From Promethearchaeota archaeon (GTDB lineage: Archaea; Asgardarchaeota; Lokiarchaeia; Sigyniarchaeales; SOKP01), in NCBI GenBank assembly GCA_029838195.1, contig JALGVJ010000009.1, positions 50,661 through 114,660 on the forward strand: 64,000 nucleotides of DNA, in the 5' to 3' direction. Each line of letters opens with the position of its first letter. Within the stretch, counting starts at the first letter, position 1. Shown here piece after piece: positions 51,615 to 62,081 of the stretch. The notes under the pieces are model-generated. The model was given only the letters and a program-made list of their open reading frames with translations, made no database searches and was not told the DNA's origin. Both the position numbers and the translations under genes were made by a program.

Positions 51615-52871
51615 TTATAGGAGATTTTTGTATTTCCGTAATAGATTTTGAATGATAAATAATTGAATATTACGCGCGCCTCCAATTACCTCTTCTATTT
51701 TGCTGGTATCCATTAATTCGTCCACGGGAGTGTTGTCTGTCACAGAAACGCCGCCCATGTGTTGCTGGACTTCATAGCAAACTTCATGTGTTAATTTCGA
51801 AACGAAATATTTGCCTTGAGAAGATACCGCAGCAACCCATTTTTCTGCTTCTTTATTGGGTTTTTCAGAGAATAATACTTTATCATCATAGATGGTTGCT
51901 GCTTGCAATGCTAATGAAGTGGCAGCCGTGCATTTAGAGAGGAGATCCGCTAAGCCGAATCCCACTCCTTCGAATTTGATTACTTCTTGCCCGAATTGCT
52001 TTCTTAAATTTGTATAAATAATACCGTAAATTAATCCCGCCCAAGCGATTCCAATTCCCGAACCCATGATACCCAAGCGCTCGGGGACCAATCCTTCAAA
52101 TAGCCGTACATATCCTTCCCCACCATCCGCAAGAACGTATTCTTGAGGTACTTTCACGTCTTTTAAAATGGTATGAGCAATGTGAACGCGTGGAACCGAA
52201 TTAATCTTTAATCGTTCTGTTCTTACTCCGAACTCTCGTTTAATCATGGCTTGTACCATGGTTTCTCGTGGATGATTTGTATCATAAACGCCATAGGTAC
52301 AAAAATAATGGGCTTTGGGCCCATTTGTTGTGAATACTTTCTCTCCATTATAGAGTATGCCATCATCTACTTTAGTGCAAATGGTCGTCATATTAACAGC
52401 ATCACTCCCTCTCGGAGGTTCCGTTATTCCTATGCATCCAATTTTTTTTCCGGACATCAATTCATCTTGTACTTTTTGAATTGTTTCTCCCTTTCCTCCA
52501 TATTTGTAATAGTGAAAAGTAGGATTTCCGCATAAGATACCACTAGCTAATCGGGCGAGTTCAAGTTGAGGATCCAAGAGAGAAAGATGCGTTCCTAAAA
52601 GTATTTCTTTTTTCATGCCATAGGGAGTGAAATCTTTCCATTTATTGATGCGTTGCATGTAGCCGTGTTTTCCTAGCTCAGGAAATAATTCATATACATC
52701 CTTAGATTTATCGATCCTCGGATGGAGTTCCAGGCAAAATTCTTGGAGTTCTTTGCAATACTGGCGTTCCTCATCATTTAGCATTGAGAACACGTTGTCG
52801 TTGAAAATTTTGAAGACGTTATCTAACGACATCTTTTCATGAATTTTATCATCAATTATTTTTTCTTTCAT
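51615..52871 (-). CDS. Acyl-CoA dehydrogenase family protein (divergent)
   Basis: ITEPPRGSD, NGEKVFTTNG, R-QFG, QHMGG, IGGARNIQ. Confidence 0.88.
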   Translation of the reverse strand: MKEKIIDDKIHEKMSLDNVFKIFNDNVFSMLNDEERQYCKELQEFCLELHPRIDKSKDVYELFPELGKHGYMQRINKWKDFTPYGMKKEILLGTHLSLLDPQLELARLASGILCGNPTFHYYKYGGKGETIQKVQDELMSGKKIGCIGITEPPRGSDAVNMTTICTKVDDGILYNGEKVFTTNGPKAHYFCTYGVYDTNHPRETMVQAMIKREFGVRTERLKINSVPRVHIAHTILKDVKVPQEYVLADGGEGYVRLFEGLVPERLGIMGSGIGIAWAGLIYGIIYTNLRKQFGQEVIKFEGVGFGLADLLSKCTAATSLALQAATIYDDKVLFSEKPNKEAEKWVAAVSSQGKYFVSKLTHEVCYEVQQHMGGVSVTDNTPVDELMDTSKIEEVIGGARNIQLFIIQNLLRKYKNLL

Positions 52872-53264
52872 ATTGTACTTTCCTCTGGCAAGGTCCTAAT
52901 TAATTTTGATAATATTAGTAATAATATTATGTAGAAAAATCTGGAATGATTCTTAAAGTTTAGAGTTTCAAATACCATAAAAAAAAGCATGCTTTTCTTG
53001 AAAGCCACGTGAGCATTTGCTCTAAAAGAAGATTCTAAGTTAAATACCGAGATAAATTCTATTTAAGATATTACGCTTTTCAATAGTCATGTGGTAAAAT
53101 CATTTCAGAAAAAAAATTAGAAATTTTTCTCAAATTCACGAAGTATTTTGGAATAGAAGGAAATTTAAAAATTTATTCTATTATTAATATCATAAAGTTA
53201 TATTATTATATTAAAATTATTATTAATATACATTACAAAAATTAATATCATGCCTTGAATATTC

Positions 53265-54476
53265 ATGTTCAGTACATATTTGGTATTAATCACTTTAGTA
53301 ATATTGCTTAATTTCTCATTTTTTAGGAAGGTTCGAGATTTATTTGATAAAATACGTAAAGAAAGAACAGAAAAAGAGAAATCCTTAGATAGGTTATTAG
53401 ATAAGTATGTCACTATCGATAAAAAGCAATATTTTATAGAAAAATATGCTAAGATTTCGGAATTAATTGCTCAAACAGAACGTGAAGTAGAAAAGAAGGT
53501 CCAAAAGAAAATTAAAGAACTCCAAACTAAATTCAATATTGGAGACCAGGAATTAGAACTAATCCGGCAAGGATCGATTGATTATAACACGTTCATGTCG
53601 AAATTAAGATCTGCTGTACCTGAAACGGAGGAGCAAAGAAAAAGAGATTTAGCCGATTTAGAAAGGGCAATCTCTATCTTAGAATCGTATGATGAAGAAT
53701 TATATAAAGAGATTCCAAAACGATATGATATGGGCATGGGCATGTTCTTAGATAAAATGACCCAACGCTTTCAGAAAATCATGGAAGAACATTCGCTAAC
53801 TCAATTCTCCGTGATTCCCATCCAGAGACTAAAATATCATGCTTTTCAAGAGATTAAAAATATAAAAGACCTAGATGTTCTCCCAATTTTAAAAATCATG
53901 AAAAATACCAACATGATCGAAGACCTCATTGAAGTCAATCCTACCTTAACCTTAATCATTCTGAAAGAAAACGGAAAGTTAGAATTAACTTCTTCAGAAA
54001 AAGTTGTAATTAGCTTGACTTATGATGAGCCGGAACTAACAATAGAAACCTTGCTCAAAATTACTGAATGGAAGGAAGAGAAAGCAGCTCGCGTTATTGA
54101 GAGTCTAAAACAAAAAAATCTCATCCAGGTAGAAGAATCTACTCATGAGATTATTATTAAAAGTTTTGGTACTTTTAATGAACGAAAAACATGGGAGGAT
54201 TTAATAAAAGTAAAACTTCAAGATGAGAAAGAAAAAGAAGAAATACGGAAAAGACATCAAGAAAGGATGCAAAAACTAATCAAAGAAAAAATTCCTCAAA
54301 TCTCCTCAAAAGAACCCGTAAAAATACAAGAAGAAAAAGTTTTGGATAAAACTAAAAGTATTTCTGAGGATGTTGAGGATTTAACAAGAAAAAAATTAGA
54401 TGAAATGAAATTAAAAGAAAAACCGAAAGTTAAAACCCTTCCTACAAAACCGAAAGAAGAAAAGAAAGAAAAATAA
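53265..54476 (+). CDS. Putative ESCRT-II Vps22/Vps36 (EAP30)-like tandem winged-helix protein with coiled coils
   Basis: The segment LELTSSEKVVISL...LTIETLLKITEWKEEKAARVIESLKQKNLIQVE and the preceding WH pattern resemble Vps22/SNF8 by eye; hydrophobic/amphipathic N-terminus. Confidence 0.55.
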   Translation: MFSTYLVLITLVILLNFSFFRKVRDLFDKIRKERTEKEKSLDRLLDKYVTIDKKQYFIEKYAKISELIAQTEREVEKKVQKKIKELQTKFNIGDQELELIRQGSIDYNTFMSKLRSAVPETEEQRKRDLADLERAISILESYDEELYKEIPKRYDMGMGMFLDKMTQRFQKIMEEHSLTQFSVIPIQRLKYHAFQEIKNIKDLDVLPILKIMKNTNMIEDLIEVNPTLTLIILKENGKLELTSSEKVVISLTYDEPELTIETLLKITEWKEEKAARVIESLKQKNLIQVEESTHEIIIKSFGTFNERKTWEDLIKVKLQDEKEKEEIRKRHQERMQKLIKEKIPQISSKEPVKIQEEKVLDKTKSISEDVEDLTRKKLDEMKLKEKPKVKTLPTKPKEEKKEK

Positions 54477-54497
54477 TTTAGCATGCCCTTAAAATTT

Positions 54498-55331
54498 TTA
54501 ATCCGTCCAAAAATTTTTCGCCAATTTCCTGCGCTCATGCCACAAGCCATCTTTTCGAGCAAATCCTAAAATTCCCTTTCCTTGATCTGCATCCTTTATT
54601 TTCCACATTCCGCTTACCGCACCAGTTAAGGCTCCTGAGAGGGCTTCGAATCCTTGAGCCGTATAAAGATCGCACTCTACTCCTTTATTTATTATGAATT
54701 TTAATTGTCTTAACCCCTGCTGATTTTTTGATCGAAGAACTTTTAAGAGGTTTTGAACTTCCTCCTCCAATTTATCTGCAGGTACTACTCGATTCCACAG
54801 ATTCCATTCTACGGCTCTCTTTGCGGAGTGTAAGGCTCCAATTAAATTAATCTCTTTTGCCCTTCTTCGTCCAATAAGACGAGCTAATCGTGTGGTCCCT
54901 CCCCATCCTGGAGTAATTCCCACGTCAACTTCCGGCATGCCCCATTTAGCTCGCTCTGTTGCAATCACGAAATCTACGGCCATGGTAATTTCCAAGCCGC
55001 CTCCTACCGCATACCCATCCACGGCGGCGATGGTAATTTTGTCTAATTCTTCTAATTGATTTGCCATATTTTGATAAAATCGAACCCTGCGCATGATATC
55101 ATTCGCATCGCCCCATTTTATCATTTCCTTGATGTCATCTCCGACGCTAAAATTGTTTCCTGCTCCTTTAATGACCATGAAATTTAATTTGGTTGATTGC
55201 CGGACGAGTTCTATGGCTTCGACTAATTCATTAGAAAGCTTCATGCTAAGCGCATTTAATACTTTTGGGCGATTTAAAGTAATCCATGCGGTTTTATCTT
55301 TTTCCTCATATATTAATTGTTCGAATTTCAT
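54498..55331 (-). CDS. Enoyl-CoA hydratase/isomerase
   Basis: LNRPKVLNAL, FSVGDDI, GYAVGGGLE, PEVDVGITPGWGGT. Confidence 0.93.
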   Translation of the reverse strand: MKFEQLIYEEKDKTAWITLNRPKVLNALSMKLSNELVEAIELVRQSTKLNFMVIKGAGNNFSVGDDIKEMIKWGDANDIMRRVRFYQNMANQLEELDKITIAAVDGYAVGGGLEITMAVDFVIATERAKWGMPEVDVGITPGWGGTTRLARLIGRRRAKEINLIGALHSAKRAVEWNLWNRVVPADKLEEEVQNLLKVLRSKNQQGLRQLKFIINKGVECDLYTAQGFEALSGALTGAVSGMWKIKDADQGKGILGFARKDGLWHERRKLAKNFWTD

Positions 55332-55566
55332 ATGTTATAATTGATTTTTCTTTTTATTCAATTTTTATATTTCCTGATTTTTTTACAATTTTCGGCTTTA
55401 TGAGTCTAAATAACTATATCTTTCTTACGTGCATGTGGTAAAATGGTTGAAAAATTAACAGAAATCAATCGAAAGATGATATAACATCTAAAATAAGGAG
55501 GGGGGCTTGTTTTTTAATAAATTGTAAAAAAAGAAAATCATATTCAAGTAAAGAAATCTAAAAGGA

Positions 55567-57339
55567 TCACGAATAATTTTCTTTCACATGCAGCTGAACG
55601 GTTTTAATTTCTTCTAAATAGGTTTCTTTCTTTCCAAAGATATAAAACCGGACTTCTGGTCCTGTTCCGGAGGGGCGGAAATATAAAATCGAGTTATTAC
55701 TTTTCAATTGAAATATATCTACATTACCCGAATTATCTGATAAAGATTGAACTTGGTATTGCTTATTTCCAATGGTTATCACGTTTCCATCGTTTTTCTT
55801 GAACTTTTCCATTATTTTTATTTTTTCTTCATCGTTTGCGTCAATAGTTCTATTAATTCCTTTAACCGTCCAATCAATGGATTCTGAAATATGATATCCC
55901 CGATATATCAATTCCGTTATCAAAACTAACGCAGGAGCCGGATATTTATCGGCTATGAGAGGAAGATCCGTAGAAAAAGTATATTCGCCGGTTTCGGAGT
56001 TCTGAGAAACTGTTAAGATATTAATGGTATGTCCTCCCGACTCTTCCCACATTACGATGATGAATTTTTCTTCAGTTAATCCTCTACTTTCCATTAATTT
56101 AATAATTTCCTTCTTTAAAGGCTGAGGATTATTGATTTTAATGAGATTTTTATTTGAATCTTCTAAATATAAAATCGCAGTATCGATTTTGGATTGTTCT
56201 ACTTCAATGTCAAATAGAAAATAAAGAATGACTCCCAAATGTTTATAACCTACCCCAGTAAGCACGTTTAGAAAACTCGAATAATCGCCCCTCGGATCAC
56301 TTGGAATTGTTCTCACATTAATGATGTTCATGTAATATTTTTCAGCAAGAATGTTATGCATGGCTGAATAAATTTCGTTAGGAATATAATAAATGAATTC
56401 TCCATTTTGGTGGACATAAAGTGCAATTCTATCGCGATCGGCATCTAATAGAATAGCCACTTTCGCATTTGAACTAAGCATGACTTCTTTCAATTTTTCC
56501 TCCTTGATAACCTTAATGGGATTAGGAGGATTCAGTTCTTCTTTAATTACAATTACATTTGCTCCATAACTCTTAAAAAGGTCAACAATTCCGCGAGCTT
56601 TTCCCAAATAAGGCCATATTACGAGGTTTTGACCGTGAAGGCTCTTAATTTCTATTATCCGTGCTAATAATTCCCGTATATATTCATTATTTCTTGCTTC
56701 CGCATTAATTTGAATGGGATTACATGGTCTCAACGGGATGGTTTTTATCCCTAACGCTCTTGTCGTCACTTTTTTAAAGAGGTTTCCCGAGATGGGAATA
56801 GGATATTCCATATAAAATTTAATTCCGTTCCAAGATAAATCATTATGACTTGCGGTTAAAACAATGACTAATTGAATATCCTCAAGGAGTGCCACCGATG
56901 CAGCACCATAAGGCGAGGATAACCGAGAATACTCATTTTCATCTTTTTGATGATATACTTGATATCTATTATAAGCAAAAATTTGAGAGGCATACTTTAA
57001 TAAAGTATCTTTACTTGGTCTATTATCGGTAACAATGAGAACTTTTAAATTGCACGGGTTATATGATTCTACAAATTCCTCACTTATGGCTTTTAGAACT
57101 CTCAAAAAGAGAAATAGTTTTCTTCGAGTTAAAAGATATTTATCTTTTTCTTTTCCTTTCTTTACTTCATAAATTTGCATCCTTAAACCGCTTGTAGGCG
57201 CAATTAAAGGATCAACTATCCTTTTTTCCCCCTCTGTTAACTCCGGCAACTCTATAACTCGTACTTCTTCTCCTTTTTCTATTTCCTCAACGGGTTCTTC
57301 ATGAAATTCTATATTTAACAGAGCGTCCACCTCTTCCAA
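55567..57339 (-). CDS. Alpha-D-phosphohexomutase (PGM/PMM) family protein
   Basis: TSGLR, TASHN, NGIK, DADRDR, GYK, EESG, RPSGTGPEVRFY. Confidence 0.88.
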   Translation of the reverse strand: MEEVDALLNIEFHEEPVEEIEKGEEVRVIELPELTEGEKRIVDPLIAPTSGLRMQIYEVKKGKEKDKYLLTRRKLFLFLRVLKAISEEFVESYNPCNLKVLIVTDNRPSKDTLLKYASQIFAYNRYQVYHQKDENEYSRLSSPYGAASVALLEDIQLVIVLTASHNDLSWNGIKFYMEYPIPISGNLFKKVTTRALGIKTIPLRPCNPIQINAEARNNEYIRELLARIIEIKSLHGQNLVIWPYLGKARGIVDLFKSYGANVIVIKEELNPPNPIKVIKEEKLKEVMLSSNAKVAILLDADRDRIALYVHQNGEFIYYIPNEIYSAMHNILAEKYYMNIINVRTIPSDPRGDYSSFLNVLTGVGYKHLGVILYFLFDIEVEQSKIDTAILYLEDSNKNLIKINNPQPLKKEIIKLMESRGLTEEKFIIVMWEESGGHTINILTVSQNSETGEYTFSTDLPLIADKYPAPALVLITELIYRGYHISESIDWTVKGINRTIDANDEEKIKIMEKFKKNDGNVITIGNKQYQVQSLSDNSGNVDIFQLKSNNSILYFRPSGTGPEVRFYIFGKKETYLEEIKTVQLHVKENYS

Positions 57340-57451
57340 ATAAGATAATAAGAATTATTTTTGAAGCAAAAAAAAATTTTTCCTTACATTGAGTCCAAGA
57401 AAGGAATACCAAAAGCAACCGCTCTTAAAGAGAAAAATGCTACAAGTTGAT

Positions 57452-58432
57452 TTATTTGGAGTTATTTGATTTTTTATTTTTTGCCTCAACTTGCTTAATT
57501 GCATCTCTTAATAAGCCCAAAATCTTTTCTCTATAATTAGGGTTAATTGCGACCATCCCGTAAACTTTAATGGGGGGATGTCTCTCTGTAGAAGAAAGAA
57601 TTTTTTCACAAAACTCAGGTGTTAGACGATGTGGTAAATCTTGTTTATTTGCGATGCCAATTACCAAAGTATTTTTGTAATATTTATCTAAAATGTCATT
57701 AATGATTTCTTTTGAGGAATTTAAATTCTCAAACGTTGAATCCAATACCAAGAGGGCTATATCTGTTCCATCCAATAAACTTTGCCAAAGACTCCGAAAA
57801 TTACTTTGACCCGCAAAATCCCAAAAAACAATCTTCCTGTGAACATCTAACTCTTCTCCATCATAAGACGCGATGTCAGCAGTAATGGTGGGCACGTATT
57901 CTAAGTTTATATCCTTTCCACAGATTAAATGAAGCAAAGTTGTTTTTCCCACCCCACCGAAACCGATTATTGAAACTTTAATTTGACCGAGCAATATATT
58001 ATCTAATTCTTTTTGAAAATCGGCAAAGATTGAGCGATTACCCGCCCAACTTCCATCTTCTAAAAGTTTTCCATATTTCTCAATGAATTTTCCCTTAATC
58101 ATATTGATCTTGGAATATACTTGATCCTCTTTTTCGTCGAGATCCGTGCAGACCACGATGATGATATCATTTAAAATGGTATAATAATATTTAAAATCTT
58201 CAGTTTGGGTGGAGCGAATGTCTGATTGACTAATTTCCTTGATGAATCCTGAAAACGCACTCAGAAATCCCGCCAATAAATCTCGATCTATTTCCGTGTC
58301 ACCATAATTTCGAAATAATAAAGACTTTCCATCTCTCGTGAGAATATTCACATATTCAATCATGTTTTTCACTCGGTTAAGAATTATTGATTCAGTTTTA
58401 TTTAAATTGATTATATCTCTGTCCTTGGCCAT
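57452..58432 (-). CDS. Longin/roadblock domain fused to an Arf-like small GTPase
   Basis: N-terminal LLAGFLSAFSGFIKE longin-like helix; GFGGVGKT, PTI, WDFAGQ, ANKQD. Confidence 0.85.
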   Translation of the reverse strand: MAKDRDIINLNKTESIILNRVKNMIEYVNILTRDGKSLLFRNYGDTEIDRDLLAGFLSAFSGFIKEISQSDIRSTQTEDFKYYYTILNDIIIVVCTDLDEKEDQVYSKINMIKGKFIEKYGKLLEDGSWAGNRSIFADFQKELDNILLGQIKVSIIGFGGVGKTTLLHLICGKDINLEYVPTITADIASYDGEELDVHRKIVFWDFAGQSNFRSLWQSLLDGTDIALLVLDSTFENLNSSKEIINDILDKYYKNTLVIGIANKQDLPHRLTPEFCEKILSSTERHPPIKVYGMVAINPNYREKILGLLRDAIKQVEAKNKKSNNSK

Positions 58433-58559
58433 TCATTTATATTCACTTCAAGGGTCATATTAATAAAGAAAGATTATTATTATAAATATAACTTTACTTC
58501 ATTAATCTTTTATTCTATCCATTTGAAAGTAGACACGCTTCCTTATTTCAAAAAAAATC

Positions 58560-59159
58560 ATGACAGAAAAAAATAATGACAATACTAATGACTTGAAACA
58601 AGAAATTAATTCCCTAAAAACGAAGATTGAGGAGTTCTCATCCATCCTTGAAAAATTCGGATTAGATTTAATCACGAAAATAGGACAGCAAAACACTAAA
58701 ATTCACATGCTCTCGGATAATATTGAAGAACTTAATAAAGCAACCATCCAAATCAAAGCTTTAGCACCCCAATTAAATAACATTATCGAAAATCAAAAAT
58801 ACTTGGAATCTGAAATGGATCTCTTAAAATCAATCCTTCAAGAGCTAAAATCATTACATCTTACTGAAAATGCTCCAAAATTAGAAGTGAGTAGGGATGA
58901 TGATGCATTAGAAAAAAAAAACGCTATTTTGAATCAGTTTGACGAACTCCAACAAAATTTATCCTCAATAAAACCCCCGGATTTAAAAAATTTTTTATTA
59001 AACCTTAAAGAGGCTATTTTTGAATATACCGGCGGACATTCCATGTTGTATGAAATTTCTAAAATCATTCAAGAACTTAAATCTGAAAATAACTTATCTG
59101 AGGAGTTTAGATCCGGGCTTAAAGAAAAATTAATTTATTGGAAAAACAAGCTAATTTAG
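58560..59159 (+). CDS. Coiled-coil hypothetical protein
   Basis: Long heptad-rich N-terminal half. Confidence 0.75.
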   Translation: MTEKNNDNTNDLKQEINSLKTKIEEFSSILEKFGLDLITKIGQQNTKIHMLSDNIEELNKATIQIKALAPQLNNIIENQKYLESEMDLLKSILQELKSLHLTENAPKLEVSRDDDALEKKNAILNQFDELQQNLSSIKPPDLKNFLLNLKEAIFEYTGGHSMLYEISKIIQELKSENNLSEEFRSGLKEKLIYWKNKLI

Positions 59160-59203
59160 TCGTGTTCTAAATTCATTAGAATAGTAAAACGTAAAGGAGA
59201 AAG

Positions 59204-59770
59204 CTACTTGTTATATTTCAAATATAATAACTCTGCCATTCTTCGAAACATCTTATCGACATTCACGCCAGTTTTTGCTGAAGTTTCAAAATATTCTGCA
59301 TTTAGCTTTTCGGATAGATGTTGCGTGTGAGGCTTTATTATCTTTCGCTGGTCTTCTAAATCTATCTTGTTGCCTACTAAAACACGAGGAATCCCACTTA
59401 ATCCATATTTTACGGCACTATTATACCAGTTATTCACGTTAGAAAAGGTGGAGGCACGAGTAATGTCAAAAACTAAAAACATTCCATCAGCACCATTGAA
59501 ATAAGGTTTATGAAGCATATAAAATTGCGGTTGCCCGGCAATGTCCCATAGCATTAAATTAATTTTAGTGTTTTTTCCCTGGATATTAATATCCATGACC
59601 TCTTTTACAATATTCACGCCAACGGTCGGTAAATATTGACTGTTAAATTTTTTTGTTGAAAATTTAGTTAGCAAGGAAGTTTTTCCTACAGCGGGATCTC
59701 CGATCACGATGACCTTATAGATGTTCTCAGTTTTGGCTTGAAAGACGACATCTTTATTTTCTTCACTCAT
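59204..59770 (-). CDS. Rab-like small GTPase
   Basis: GDPAVGKT, PTVG, WDIAGQ, GNKID, ETSAK; no C-terminal Cys. Confidence 0.93.
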   Translation of the reverse strand: MSEENKDVVFQAKTENIYKVIVIGDPAVGKTSLLTKFSTKKFNSQYLPTVGVNIVKEVMDINIQGKNTKINLMLWDIAGQPQFYMLHKPYFNGADGMFLVFDITRASTFSNVNNWYNSAVKYGLSGIPRVLVGNKIDLEDQRKIIKPHTQHLSEKLNAEYFETSAKTGVNVDKMFRRMAELLYLKYNK

Positions 59771-60000
59771 AATTGATCAAACAAAGGATCGATTAAAAAA
59801 TTTAATTTAATTTAATAGTTGAAATTAATATGGGGTATAAGTTTTTAAGGGTTATCACGTTCATTTTGATTTTTGGAATTTCATAATAAATGCCACCTTA
59901 TTAGAGGGGAATAGTGAGTATAGATAAAACTCATGATAATAATGTTGTAAGATAAAATAGATTTAAACAAGCAAATAGAAAGAGCCATTTCATTTCACGG

Positions 60001-60477
60001 ATGAGTAAAAGTAAAAAATCATGGATGATTCCTACGGGTTTATTTAAAGATGCGTATATTTTGAATTTATCTGAGTGCGTGCGAGAAATTAACTCTAAAC
60101 AATTAAACAAGGATGAAATAATTATTCGAATAGCACCTACAAGGGAGACTAGTCTCTAACTATAAATTTGGACAAATTATCCTCTCATCCCGTCGTTAGA
60201 GGAAACGGGAAAGATGGAAGATGCATCACGGCGAAGAGAAGCCACCGCATGCGAGATGAGCTTGAAGTAATAACGCCGAGAGCCGGGCGGAATTCGAGTG
60301 CCGCGTGCGCAAATTAGAACGCTATTTTATCTATTGAATGAACATCAAAAGTACATTCCTATTAAGATTTGGAGGAGAAAGAAGCGCCTAATTATGGGAA
60401 GATATAAGAAGGACTATCTTGAAATCTTTTCTCAAATAGAGCAATTACATCGTAGGATTAAAGAATACGAACCTTGA
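60001..60477 (+). pseudogene. Interrupted ORF: two same-frame protein-like segments separated by a GC-rich insert with stops
   Basis: ATG 60001 to TAA 60159 (52 aa); the same frame is open again from 60274 to TGA 60477. Confidence 0.35.
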
Positions 60478-60493
60478 AAAAATTATCGATAAA

Positions 60494-61051
60494 TTAAATT
60501 TTTTCTAAACTTAATAATGGTATTTCCTCACTAATTTCGAATTTAGAGCTTTTTTCGGGTTTTCTCTGGATGAAATAAATCGATTTAACTAAAAATGTAA
60601 GGGGTTGCCAAGATTCTTGAAGCTTTAGAAGGAGCGTGATTAATTTTTTTTTCCCCTTAACTTGCCCCACGCTTAAATGAGGCTTAAATCCCCCTTTAAA
60701 TCGATTTAGATCATCACATTCCGGGACTATTTTAAGGAGCTTTTTTTGTAAATTAAGGATGGGAGTGGGTGGGTCAGTGTTTAACCAGATAGTGTAATTT
60801 TGATGCCCATGGCTAAAATATTTAAATTGGTTTAAGGTTATTTCAAAGGATTTAATTTTTTTACACTCATCAAGGAGCTTGGAGCGAATTGTGAGATATT
60901 CTTCTCTAGTTAAAAAAGGGTACATCAGATTAACGTGTGGCATCCATCGAAAAAATTGTCGGTCATTTGATTTTCTAATCGCTTGAATTGGAGGCCAGAA
61001 ATCTATAGGAGGAATGATCACTAAAGCAGAACGATATATCTTTTTTTTCAT
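60494..61051 (-). CDS. 2H phosphoesterase / 2'-5' RNA ligase family protein
   Basis: Two HxT/S-like motifs: WMPHVNLMYPF and FKPHLSVGQ. Confidence 0.85.
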   Translation of the reverse strand: MKKKIYRSALVIIPPIDFWPPIQAIRKSNDRQFFRWMPHVNLMYPFLTREEYLTIRSKLLDECKKIKSFEITLNQFKYFSHGHQNYTIWLNTDPPTPILNLQKKLLKIVPECDDLNRFKGGFKPHLSVGQVKGKKKLITLLLKLQESWQPLTFLVKSIYFIQRKPEKSSKFEISEEIPLLSLEKI

Positions 61052-61187
61052 GATACACGTCCGTGATTAACACGTGATAATTAAATCAATCGCTCTTATT
61101 AAATAAGATTTTTACTTAGAAAAATTTATGGTATAATAGGTTAAAATTATTATTATTAAAAGTTAAAGAACCAGCAAACATGAAATC

Positions 61188-62081
61188 ATGGGTGTAAAAA
61201 AATATATTTTCTACATGGAATCATTTCCAAGTGATATTAAGGACATGCTTAAAGAGCATCCCATTGCCTACGTGCCTTTTGGTGCTTTAGAATGGCACGG
61301 ACCGCACATGGTTTTAGGCGTGGATAGCATTAAAGCAGAGGAAATATGCCGTCGCTCAGCAGAAATAACTGGGGGTGTAATTTTTCCATGCGTAAATTAT
61401 GGAGCGTTTGACACCATGAGGTTTCCTTTTACGTTTCATTTTTCCAAGCGGTGTTTAAAAAAAGTTACGAGAAGTCTGGTAAAACAATTATATCAGTGGG
61501 GGTTTAAAATTATCATATTATTAACGGGCCATTATCCCGAAAGTCAAATAAAACAAGTCATGAAAGCTGCCCGATGGATTTCTAAGAAGCATGAAGATTG
61601 TTTTGCTTTAGGAATACCAGAACAAAAATTAATTCCTGATTGGGACTATTTTGGTGATCATGCGGCATTTTGGGAGACCTCCATGATGATATCAATCAAC
61701 CAAGATTTTGTTAATTTAGAAAACCTTCCTAGCGGATTAAATTATCCGGAAAGAACGATTCGGTATGGCGTGTGGGGAATTGATCCAAAAGAACATGCCA
61801 CGGCGGAACAAGGAAAACGGATTTTAGATGAAATTGTGAAAAGACTCTCCGAGATAATCCTTAAAGTCGAGCACTCACGGTCGATCGAGCCATTCAATCA
61901 GATTTATTCTACTTATGAACAGTTAAAAAAAGAAACGCGAAAAAGTTTAAAGAAATTTTTTGCAGTTCATGGGATCACGAATCGGCAAGAGGGACTTGCT
62001 ATTTTGAAATGGATGATCTTTAAAAGGAAAAAGCAAGATATAAAATATCAATTTAAAATAAAGAAAGCGTTCAAGAAATAA
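61188..62081 (+). CDS. Creatininase family amidohydrolase
   Basis: PFGALEWHGPH...D, LTGH, DHAAFWETS, A-AEQG. Confidence 0.88.
   Translation: MGVKKYIFYMESFPSDIKDMLKEHPIAYVPFGALEWHGPHMVLGVDSIKAEEICRRSAEITGGVIFPCVNYGAFDTMRFPFTFHFSKRCLKKVTRSLVKQLYQWGFKIIILLTGHYPESQIKQVMKAARWISKKHEDCFALGIPEQKLIPDWDYFGDHAAFWETSMMISINQDFVNLENLPSGLNYPERTIRYGVWGIDPKEHATAEQGKRILDEIVKRLSEIILKVEHSRSIEPFNQIYSTYEQLKKETRKSLKKFFAVHGITNRQEGLAILKWMIFKRKKQDIKYQFKIKKAFKK

Noticed and set aside
53250-53267. ATG-CCT-TGA in frame just upstream of ORF 53265 as a possible Sec extension
   Set aside because: No redox motif and no SECIS-like structure after the gene; likely chance.
60140-60320. 5S rRNA, RNase P RNA, SRP RNA, cobalamin riboswitch or hammerhead ribozyme
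   Set aside because: Only short word matches (for example GAGGAAA, CTCATCTCG); the conserved cores and overall lengths do not fit.
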